Shown: in pieces, positions 15,056 to 21,471 of the stretch
How positions within the stretch are numbered: position 1 is the first letter of the stretch
Layout of the letters: the number at the start of each line of letters is the position of its first letter
NCBI RefSeq assembly: GCF_036916575.1
Contig: NZ_JBALGC010000105.1
Location: forward strand, 1-21,471
From: Nostoc sp.
Lineage (GTDB): Bacteria > Cyanobacteriota > Cyanobacteriia > Cyanobacteriales > Nostocaceae
Direction of reading: 5' to 3'
Length of the DNA stretch: 21,471 nucleotides
The notes under the pieces: generated by a model
The model's database searches: none
What the model was told of the DNA's origin: nothing
The model's input: only the letters and a program-made list of their open reading frames with translations
Made by a program: the position numbers and the translations under genes

Positions 15056-15616
15056 TCAAGAGGTATTATGCGCTTTCCAAGGTGTTGATTCCGAGAGCAT
15101 AAACTCGATTAAATGGTGCCAGTTATCAAATAACAAGTAGGTGGTTAGAGTACGGATGTCGTTGAAGAAAACTTTTCTGGTTCCTCGGCGTTTTCGGATT
15201 TACTGATAGGACTGGTCTAGCAACTGCAACACAGTATGAAAGAGAAATGCCAACAAGTTGAACGTAACTAGGATGCTGGAAAGATGTTTTTGACCATGAC
15301 CAAAATTATGTTCTAAGTGATAGCCCTTGGTTTTGAGTACGTTGTTATTCTAGTTCTTCACTTTCCACCGAGCACGTCCAGCAGCAATAACGTCGGCGAC
15401 GTTATCGGCTTGAATCTGATGTCGAGTGATAAAGGCATTGCGATAAATTACCGAATGATCAGAACTGTTGGTGAGAGTAAGTTCACACCAGTTAACCAAC
15501 AAAGCTGGTTGGGTATCGCGTAGGGGAATTTGGTTGACGTAGCGATAGTGGTAAATCTCTTGATAACGATCATTCCATGGATGCTGTTGAGTAGTTTTGA
15601 CGAATAGCGATCTCAA
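15056..15616 (-). pseudogene. DDE (IS4-like) transposase C-terminal relic, 5'-truncated with in-frame stops
   Basis: One minus frame reads …WNDRYQEIYHYRYVNQIPLRD…NVADVIAAGRARWKVKN*NNNVLKTKGYHLEHNFGHGQKHLSSILVTFNLLAFLFHTVLQLLDQSYQ*IRKRRGTRKVFFNDIRTLTTYLLFDNWHHLIEFML…. In-frame stops lie at 15350-15352 and 15200-15202. The RWK(V/I)EN...LK block is typical of DDE_Tnp_1-type transposases. Non-coding element DNA probably continues to about 14773. Confidence 0.75.
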
Positions 15617-15649
15617 TGGAATTTATTAACTTTTAACAGGAGTAAAAAA

Positions 15650-16666
15650 ATGCAAAGTCTTATAGAAGAATCTTTAGAGTCAAAGTATATTCCGTCAATA
15701 AATGAGGGAATATTAACGACAATCGGTAATACGCCATTGCTGAAATTAGAACGCATTCTCAAAAATACTCAATTTCAACTTTTTGCAAAGATGGAAATGT
15801 TTAATCCCGGAGGTAGCATCAAAGACCGTACAGCCTTTAACATAATCAAAAGTGCTTGTGAGAAAAATCATATTCGTCCTGATACTACAGTTATCGAATC
15901 TAGCTCAGGAAATTTAGGTATCGGGCTTGCACAAGTATGTGCTTTTCTGGGTTTATATTTTATATGTGTAGTCGATCCTAAAACAACCAAACAAAATATT
16001 AAAATTATGAAAGCGTATGGGGCAGAAATTGATATTGTGAGAGAACCAGATCCAATCACAGGTGATTTTTTATTCGCACGCATTAACCGAGTGAAATCAT
16101 TGCTCAGTTCTATTTCCAATAGTTTTTGGTGTAACCAGTATGCGAACTTGGATAATCCACGCGTTCATCATCAAACAATGCACGAGATTGTAACAGCCTT
16201 TAATGGACAACTGGACTACTTATTCTGCGCTACTAGTACTTGTGGTACACTCCGTGGGTGTTCTGAATATGTAAGAAATAACAATCTTAAAACAAAAATT
16301 ATTGCTGTTGATGCTGTGGGAAGTGTCATTTTTGGTGATCAACGAAGAAAACGGCTCATACCTGGGCATGGTGCGGGGCGAGTCCCAGAGTTGTTTCAGC
16401 CCGGACTAGAGGATGCATATGTGCATATATCTGATTTAGACTGTGTTGTAGGCTGTCATCGTTTACTCCGTCACGAGGCAATATTAGCTGGAGGCTCATC
16501 AGGGGGAGTCATAGCGGCAATTGAAAAAAAGAGAGAGGAGATACCTAATAGCGCAACTTGCGTTGCCATTCTTTGCGATCGCGGTGAGCACTACCTTGAC
16601 ACAATTTATTCAGATAGTTGGATCGAAGAAAACTTTGGTAATATTTTTTATCTTTGGGATAATTAA
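15650..16666 (+). CDS. sbnA: SbnA-type PLP-dependent N-(2-amino-2-carboxyethyl)-L-glutamate synthase (first step of L-2,3-diaminopropionate synthesis)
   Basis: 338 aa. AGGAG at 15638-15642 lies 7 nt before the ATG. Blocks are colinear with S. aureus SbnA as I recall it: IGNTPLLKL, FAKMEMFNPGGSIKDR (PLP Lys), VIESSSGNLGIGLA, CVVDPKTT, WCNQYAN, IIAVDAVGSVIFGD, IPGHGAGRVPEL, LAGGSSGGVIAAIE, LCDRGEHYLDTIYSDSWIEE. Confidence 0.9.
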   Translation: MQSLIEESLESKYIPSINEGILTTIGNTPLLKLERILKNTQFQLFAKMEMFNPGGSIKDRTAFNIIKSACEKNHIRPDTTVIESSSGNLGIGLAQVCAFLGLYFICVVDPKTTKQNIKIMKAYGAEIDIVREPDPITGDFLFARINRVKSLLSSISNSFWCNQYANLDNPRVHHQTMHEIVTAFNGQLDYLFCATSTCGTLRGCSEYVRNNNLKTKIIAVDAVGSVIFGDQRRKRLIPGHGAGRVPELFQPGLEDAYVHISDLDCVVGCHRLLRHEAILAGGSSGGVIAAIEKKREEIPNSATCVAILCDRGEHYLDTIYSDSWIEENFGNIFYLWDN

Positions 16667-16691
16667 ATCTAAAAATAGGGATGATTTTAAC

Positions 16692-17726
16692 ATGACTAAC
16701 AGTGACATAATCCTCTTAAACGGTGATGAGATTACAGAGCTTTTCAAAAACCGCGAACAGGAAATAATGCAAACTGTAAAATTAGCTTATCAAATGCATA
16801 GTCGAGGATATACAACGTTACCTCATTCTAGTTTTTTGCGTTTCCCAAATAATGAAAAAGATAGAATTATTGCTTTACCAGCTTACTTGGGTGGCGAGTT
16901 TGATACAGCAGGCATGAAGTGGATTGCTTCTTTTCCAGGCAACTTAGCCTTGGGCATGGAGCGAGCATCAGCTGTTTTACTACTAAATTCGACACAAACT
17001 GGTCATCTACAAGCGATTATGGAAAGCTCTGTAATTAGCGCTAAACGCACTGCTGCTAGCGCTGCACTGGCTGCTCATTATTTGGGAGGAGAGCAATTAT
17101 TAGCCACAGTGGGTATAATTGGCTGTGGCTTAATTAATTTTGAAACCGTTCGCTTTCTCTTAGCCGCCCGCCCTGAAATAACAAATTTGTTCATTTATGA
17201 TTTAAGCTTGGAAAGAGCAGAAAAATTCAAAATTAAGTGCCAGCAATTATCTGAGCAGGTGGAAATTACAATACTTGAAAGCCTTAAGGCCATTTTTAAA
17301 AATGTTTCTGTAATTTCCTTTGCGACAACTGTAATTAAGCCACACATATTCGATATTTTGGAGTGGCATAACGATAATGGTATCATTTTGCACATTTCTT
17401 TACGAGATTTATCACCCGAAATAATGGTATTGGCTGATAACATCGTTGATGACATAGACCATGTCTGCCGCGCTCAAACATCCATCCACCTTACCGAACA
17501 ACAAATAGGAAACAGAGATTTTATTAGATGTACCATTGGTGAGATTCTCAATGGCATTGCCCCACCACGGCAAAAAAATAAAACTGCTATATTTAGCCCT
17601 TTTGGGCTTGGTATACTTGATCTTGCTTTAGGGCAGTTAGCCCATACATTAGCTCTTGAGCAAAACAAAGGAACTATGATCAAATCACTATTACCAGTCC
17701 CTTGGTTACAACAAGAAGAAAAGTAA
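16692..17726 (+). CDS. sbnB: SbnB-type NAD-dependent dehydrogenase of the ornithine cyclodeaminase/mu-crystallin family (second step of L-2,3-diaminopropionate synthesis)
   Basis: 344 aa from ATG 16692, with AGGGA at 16677-16681. The track start TTG 16521 would overlap sbnA by 146 nt. Blocks resemble SbnA's partner SbnB: DRIIALPAYLGGEFDTAGMKWIASFPGN, GMERASAVLLLN, ESSVISAKRTAASAALAA, VGIIGCGLINFETV, ISLRDL, VDDIDHVC, IFSPFGLGILDLAL. It lies 25 nt downstream of sbnA. Confidence 0.88.
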   Translation: MTNSDIILLNGDEITELFKNREQEIMQTVKLAYQMHSRGYTTLPHSSFLRFPNNEKDRIIALPAYLGGEFDTAGMKWIASFPGNLALGMERASAVLLLNSTQTGHLQAIMESSVISAKRTAASAALAAHYLGGEQLLATVGIIGCGLINFETVRFLLAARPEITNLFIYDLSLERAEKFKIKCQQLSEQVEITILESLKAIFKNVSVISFATTVIKPHIFDILEWHNDNGIILHISLRDLSPEIMVLADNIVDDIDHVCRAQTSIHLTEQQIGNRDFIRCTIGEILNGIAPPRQKNKTAIFSPFGLGILDLALGQLAHTLALEQNKGTMIKSLLPVPWLQQEEK

Positions 17727-17892
17727 TGGTACTTCACTAAAGACTGTACGTTCGCTCATTTTTGAAGGACAAGGGGAATTAATGCCTAACTGTGTAAGGT
17801 TTCAAGGTGATTGTGGAGATCCTAAAACCATTACCGTGTGATACTTAGCAGACGAATGAAAAAGAAAAAGAAATAACCAGAGAAAGACCAAT

Positions 17893-17902
17893 AATTATAA
17901 CC
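17893..17902. repeat. Target-site duplication, left copy (AATTATAACC)
   Basis: Perfect 10-bp direct repeat of 19531-19540, immediately outside IR-L of the IS4-family element. Confidence 0.85.
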
Positions 17903-19530
17903 GAATGGCACTGAGATAAGACAAAACCCTTGAATGGTAAGGGCTGGTAAAGAAATGAAATACAAGTTGTAATAAAGCTGTGGAGAGCGTTTTATAAGCA
18001 ACGTTAATGCTAAGGTAGCGATTATGTAGGCAAGCGATCGTTTAAAAAATTGTTCTGTACAAAGAAAAAGCTCCCAAGTCCTGTAAAAAAGAATTGGACG
18101 ATTGGAAGCTAATATGACTACTACTACTGTGCCAAATCGTGTACAAGTTCTCAAGACAAAATTTACTACTAGTCTAGGATTACCATTTCGAGAGCTTTTA
18201 CCAGAGTTAGAGATTCAAAGCGCGATTGACGAATTAGAAATTAAATATCGTCGGCGGAAGTTTTATCCGTTTATCACCTTGTGGGTATTTCTATCACAAG
18301 TATTAGATGTTGATAAAAGTTGTGAGAATGCAGTGTCACGAGTAACTGCATGGTTAGCAAGCGAAAGTGTAGAAATTCCGTCAACAGATACAAGCGCTTA
18401 TTGTAAAGCACGTAAAAGATTGCCAGAAAAACTATTGGAGAAACTTTTTATCTCGATAGCTGAGAAATTACAAAATAAAGTAATGCCCAAACAATTATGG
18501 TGTGGTCGCCAGATCAAAGTAATAGATGGCTCAACAGTGTCAATGGCTGATAATATTGAAAATCAAAAATCCTACCCTCAGCCTAGTAGTCAACAGCCAG
18601 GTTGTGGCTTTCCCATCGCTAAAATTGGTGTAGTATTTTGTCTAGCTACAGGCGCTGCTATTGCTTTAGCTATCGACGTTTTGAATACTCATGACATTAA
18701 ACTTGCTAGGAGATTAGCTCAATTTCTTCACAAGGGAGATGTACTTTTAGGGGATAGAGCTTTTTGTGCTTACGCTGATTTAGTTTTCATCAAAAATATG
18801 GAATGCGATGCCGTATTTCGTAAACATCAATCCCGAAAGACCTCTATGCGTCGAGGTAAAATTGTTGGAGCGTGTGACAAGTTAGTTACTTGGTATAAAC
18901 CGAAAAAATGCCCAGAAGGTTTAAGTCAATCAGATTTTGCTGCTCTACCCAAAATTTTGATTGTTCGAGAGATTTATTATTATATTTTTATTCCTGGGTT
19001 TCGGACTACTAATGTCAGTTTGATTACAACTTTATTAGATTCCGAAACTTATACCACTTTAGAAATTGTTAGGCTTTATGACTCTAGATGGGATGTTGAA
19101 GTCAATTTAAAACATTTAAAAACGACTTTGGGTATGGAGGTATTACGTGGTAAAACTCCTGAAATTGTACGAAAGGAAATTTACGCTTTTTTGTTAGCTT
19201 ATAACCTGCTGCGTACATTAATGTGGCAGGCTGGGATGACTTTCGGTGTTCCTCCACTGCGCTTATCGTTGCAGAGAACTCGTCATCACTTAGATAACTT
19301 TATTCCGGAATTATTAGCTAGTACTGACAAAAAACGCGATCGCATTTATCAAACTTTGCTCCTCATTATTGTTTACAAACCAGTTCCTGACCGCCCTGGT
19401 CGAGCTGAACCCAGAGTTAGAAAACGCCGTCCCAAAGCTTATCCATTAATGAAACAACCTAGAAATCAATTGCGCCGTCAATTACAGACTGCTTGATTTC
19501 ACTGTATCCTAGCTTATTTCAGTGCCATTC
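17903..19530 (+). mobile_element. IS4-family insertion sequence, apparently intact (1,628 bp)
   Basis: IR-L is GAATGGCACTGAGATAAG (17903-17920). IR-R is CTTATTTCAGTGCCATTC (19513-19530). They match 17/18 as reverse complements. One uninterrupted transposase ORF lies inside. Perfect 10-bp direct repeats flank the element. Confidence 0.9.
18102..19496 (+). CDS. IS4-family DDE transposase (464 aa from TTG 18102; first ATG at 18114)
   Basis: Uninterrupted ORF. Candidate DDE residues lie in VIDGSTVSMAD, LLGDRAFCAY and the IS4-family Y(2)R(3)E(6)K signature YDSRWDVEVNLKHLK. Confidence 0.92.
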   Translation: MEANMTTTTVPNRVQVLKTKFTTSLGLPFRELLPELEIQSAIDELEIKYRRRKFYPFITLWVFLSQVLDVDKSCENAVSRVTAWLASESVEIPSTDTSAYCKARKRLPEKLLEKLFISIAEKLQNKVMPKQLWCGRQIKVIDGSTVSMADNIENQKSYPQPSSQQPGCGFPIAKIGVVFCLATGAAIALAIDVLNTHDIKLARRLAQFLHKGDVLLGDRAFCAYADLVFIKNMECDAVFRKHQSRKTSMRRGKIVGACDKLVTWYKPKKCPEGLSQSDFAALPKILIVREIYYYIFIPGFRTTNVSLITTLLDSETYTTLEIVRLYDSRWDVEVNLKHLKTTLGMEVLRGKTPEIVRKEIYAFLLAYNLLRTLMWQAGMTFGVPPLRLSLQRTRHHLDNFIPELLASTDKKRDRIYQTLLLIIVYKPVPDRPGRAEPRVRKRRPKAYPLMKQPRNQLRRQLQTA

Positions 19531-19540
19531 AATTATAACC
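19531..19540. repeat. Target-site duplication, right copy (AATTATAACC)
   Basis: Perfect 10-bp direct repeat of 17893-17902, immediately outside IR-R. Confidence 0.85.
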
Positions 19541-19558
19541 AAAGGATATTCTCGAATT

Positions 19559-20620
19559 ATGAATACACTTCTCATCACACCTGAAGATATTCAGAAAGTG
19601 GTTAATCGGGTCGGAATAGATACACTAATGGACATAATGATCGCAAAGCTAACCGAGGCATTCAAGGAAGCTTCTTTGGGTATCGGTGAATTGCGACCTC
19701 GTGCTGGGTTTTGTAATCAGCAGTCACCCTCTGTCTTAGAGTGGATGCCCTATAAGCAGCATATCGATCAGTCTGTGTCGATTAAGGTTGTCGCTTACCA
19801 GCCACGCAATATATCAGTTGGTCTACCGACAATCGTTGCAAGTACAAGCCTCTATGACTCCACTACAGGTCATTTAGTAGCGTTGTCGGATGGTGTGTTT
19901 CTCACTGCTTTGCGAACGGGAGCTGCCTCAGCCATTGTTAGCAGTATTCTTGCTCATCCTAATAGTATAACTGTGGGACTAGTGGGAGCCGGGGCGCAAG
20001 CTATTACTCAGTTACACGCTCTAAGCCGAGTGTTTCCACTGCTGTCGGTACTAGTTTATGATCTTAACCGTGATACTGCTCAATCATTCTTGAGTCGTGC
20101 TGCCTTTATGAATTTGCCAGTCAAAGTCGCTCCTCTAGATGAAGTCGAACGGGAAGCCGATATTCTTTGCACTGCTACGACTGTTGCACAAGGAAAGGGT
20201 GCAGTAATTATAGGTGAATCTCTCAAGCCTCATGTTCATATCAATGCAATTGGTTCCGATCTCCCTGGAAAAACTGAGCTACCACTATCACTACTCAAAA
20301 CGAGCTTAGTGTGTCCAGATTTTCCTGAGCAAGCTAAGTTTGAAGGTGAATGCCAACAGTTGACAACGGAAGAAATCGGGCCAGATTTATTAAAACTGGT
20401 GCGACGACCTGAAGATTTTCACATTTGGAGGGAGCAGCGAACGGTTTTTGATTCAACAGGTATGGCGCTTGAGGATCATGTAGCTTTGGTAAGCTTACTG
20501 AAATTGGTACAAGAATACGGGCTAGGTCAGCTAGTTCAGCTAGAGTATTTCCCCACTGATCCACATAATCCATACGATATGATAAAAAATTCTATGCCAA
20601 TACCATTGGTGACAAGTTAA
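19559..20620 (+). CDS. Ornithine cyclodeaminase-family enzyme, RapL/FkbL-like (lysine cyclodeaminase giving L-pipecolate, or ornithine cyclodeaminase giving L-proline)
   Basis: 353 aa from ATG 19559, the first start outside the IS. The track start TTG 19493 lies inside the IS. AAGGA at 19542-19546. Blocks: LEWMPY, LPTIVASTSLYD, FLTALRTGAASA, VGLVGAGAQAITQLHALSRV, HINAIGSDLPGKTELP, EGECQQL, VFDSTGMALEDHVAL, DPHNPY. These are colinear with cyclodeaminases. GAGAQA.TQ.HALSRV and VFDSTG resemble RapL as I recall it. Confidence 0.85.
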   Translation: MNTLLITPEDIQKVVNRVGIDTLMDIMIAKLTEAFKEASLGIGELRPRAGFCNQQSPSVLEWMPYKQHIDQSVSIKVVAYQPRNISVGLPTIVASTSLYDSTTGHLVALSDGVFLTALRTGAASAIVSSILAHPNSITVGLVGAGAQAITQLHALSRVFPLLSVLVYDLNRDTAQSFLSRAAFMNLPVKVAPLDEVEREADILCTATTVAQGKGAVIIGESLKPHVHINAIGSDLPGKTELPLSLLKTSLVCPDFPEQAKFEGECQQLTTEEIGPDLLKLVRRPEDFHIWREQRTVFDSTGMALEDHVALVSLLKLVQEYGLGQLVQLEYFPTDPHNPYDMIKNSMPIPLVTS

Positions 20621-20790
20621 GCTTGTATGCCTTAATTAAGTCAAAATTTCGCCACCAATATCAGAATTCCGAAACAACCCTAACTCTTACCTGAGAGGCC
20701 GATAGTATTCGGGAAAAAGAGGGAGCAAGTCCTGAAAGATTCATCAATCCAGTGGTGCTCAGGACAAATTTAACCGAAGAGGTGAACTAC

Positions 20791-21033
20791 CTACACTGCT
20801 GCTAGGCGGTCAGTGTAAACTTCTGGCGTTCCATCAACACTGCTTTTAGACAAAATGCGGTCAAATGGTAAGGATAATTCGTCTGCAACAGCATCTCCCA
20901 AATCCACTAAAACAGCATAAAATAACCAAGTAGCCCAGACTTGTAGCTTGATACCATTAATAGAACCAGTCCATAAATAAGATAGCCCCAGCAAGCGTTT
21001 TACTGTGTAGAAAGCTTCTTCAACTGTAAGGAT
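20791..21033 (-). pseudogene. IS4-like transposase C-terminal scrap
   Basis: Minus frame reads ILTVEEAFYTVKRLLGLSYLWTGSINGIKLQVWATWLFYAVLVDLGDAVADELSLPFDRI…, a typical C-terminal region of IS4-group transposases. The N-terminal about 80% is missing, and the tail after FDRI looks frameshifted. Confidence 0.65.
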
Positions 21034-21079
21034 TCAGGTCTAATACAATACGGTTCAGTTAAGGCTAGAATAGCTGTAA

Positions 21080-21471
21080 AATGGGCATTGTTTCCAAAAA
21101 TGGAAATCAAGCACGGTGCATCTCAAAGAATTATCATTAGTGTCTCCCAAAATACAAAGTACGGAGATATTCAAAGCGATAGAGGTCGCTATCCCAGCGA
21201 CTTCAATCGAACAAGCGATCGCTAAAACTAAAGTAGAAGAGGAACGCCATCGTTCGTTACCAGCACATGTGTCATTTGTCTAATAATAGCAATGAGCCTG
21301 TGGTCGAGAAATTCAATGCGAGATGTACTAAAAAATCTCATTGATGGTCTTTCAGAGGCATGGGTAAAAGTTGGTAAATATTGGCGTATCCCTTGTAAAT
21401 CAGCTATCACCCAAGCCAGACAGCGACTAGGTGCAGGGGTAATGACGCAATTGTTTCATCAGTTGGTGCGA
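21080..21471 (+). pseudogene. IS4-like transposase N-terminal part, frameshifted, continues beyond window
   Basis: One frame reads …HLKELSLVSPKIQSTEIFKAIEVAIPATSIEQAIAKTKVEEERHRSLPAHVSFV* (stop 21281-21283). Another frame continues CVICLIIAMSLWSRNSMRDVLKNLIDGLSEAWVKVGKYWRIPCKSAITQARQRLGAGVMTQLFHQLVR to 21471. Together these look like the IS4 N-terminal domain with a 1-nt frameshift near 21265-21270. Confidence 0.7.

Noticed and set aside
14762-15140. ORFs 14762-14989 (-) and 14907-15140 (+).
   Set aside because: They lie in the non-coding or decayed tail of the transposase relic. The minus ORF is merely the same frame continuing after several in-frame stops. Neither has recognisable motifs.
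16521-16691. TTG-initiated 57-codon N-terminal extension of sbnB proposed by the ORF track (401 aa).
   Set aside because: It would overlap sbnA by 146 nt. The extension (KKRERRYLIAQLALPFFAIAV...) has no similarity to SbnB/OCD proteins. ATG 16692 has an upstream purine-rich RBS and gives an N-terminus of the length expected for SbnB.
17831-18154. 107-aa minus-strand ORF.
   Set aside because: It spans the IS left boundary at 17903, so it fuses host and IS DNA. It overlaps the transposase start in antisense and is hydrophobic and low-complexity. It is spurious.
19493-19558. TTG start at 19493 for the cyclodeaminase (375 aa in the track).
   Set aside because: The first 38 nt lie inside the IS4 element, including IR-R, and overlap the transposase stop. 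ATG 19559 is the first start in native DNA. It gives MNTLLITPEDIQ..., which matches the usual cyclodeaminase N-terminus.
20629-20640. Palindrome CTTAATTAAG after the cyclodeaminase stop as a terminator.
   Set aside because: It is an AT-only 10-bp palindrome with no stable GC stem and no following T-tract.
1-21471. Search for CRISPR arrays, tRNA/rRNA genes and short tandem heptamer (STRR-type) repeats.
   Set aside because: I saw no regularly spaced direct repeats, no cloverleaf-compatible segments and no rRNA-like conserved blocks. The only tandem run noticed, (ACT)4 at 18117-18128, simply encodes Thr4 in the transposase.

Overview
The window looks cyanobacterial: it holds 7 perfect HIP1 octamers (GCGATCGC) where about 0.1 would be expected by chance. 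It is an accessory natural-product locus heavily invaded by mobile DNA.

(1) Positions 1-11049, minus strand, are one uninterrupted reading frame of 3,683 codons. It is missing from the ORF track only because its stop lies beyond the left edge. Hand translation gives the domain order FAAL-ACP-KS-AT-ACP-aminotransferase-luciferase-like monooxygenase-C-A. This is an iturin/mycosubtilin-type lipo-initiation line with an extra oxygenase, and it predicts a 3-amino-2-hydroxy fatty-acyl starter for a nonribosomal lipopeptide.

(2) The plus strand, transcribed divergently, carries accessory genes:
- two small ORFs of unknown function
- an MbtH-like protein
- an sbnA/sbnB pair, the known route to L-2,3-diaminopropionate (L-Dap)
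- a RapL-like lysine/ornithine cyclodeaminase

(3) Between and around these genes lie:
- an IS630 relic and an IS5 scrap
- an unexplained GC-rich island
- three MITE-like inverted-repeat elements
- a 37-codon ketosynthase scrap cut off by a decayed DDE transposase relic
- one apparently intact IS4-family element with 18-bp IRs and a perfect 10-bp target duplication, inserted 28 nt upstream of the cyclodeaminase start
- nested IS4-like relics at the right edge

I saw no rRNA, tRNA or CRISPR array.

The most interesting reading is a possibly undescribed cyanobacterial lipopeptide pathway. It would combine an alpha-hydroxy-beta-amino fatty acid with dedicated Dap and pipecolate/proline supply, caught while being reshuffled or degraded by IS elements. 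All homology calls are by-eye motif recognition. No database search was possible.
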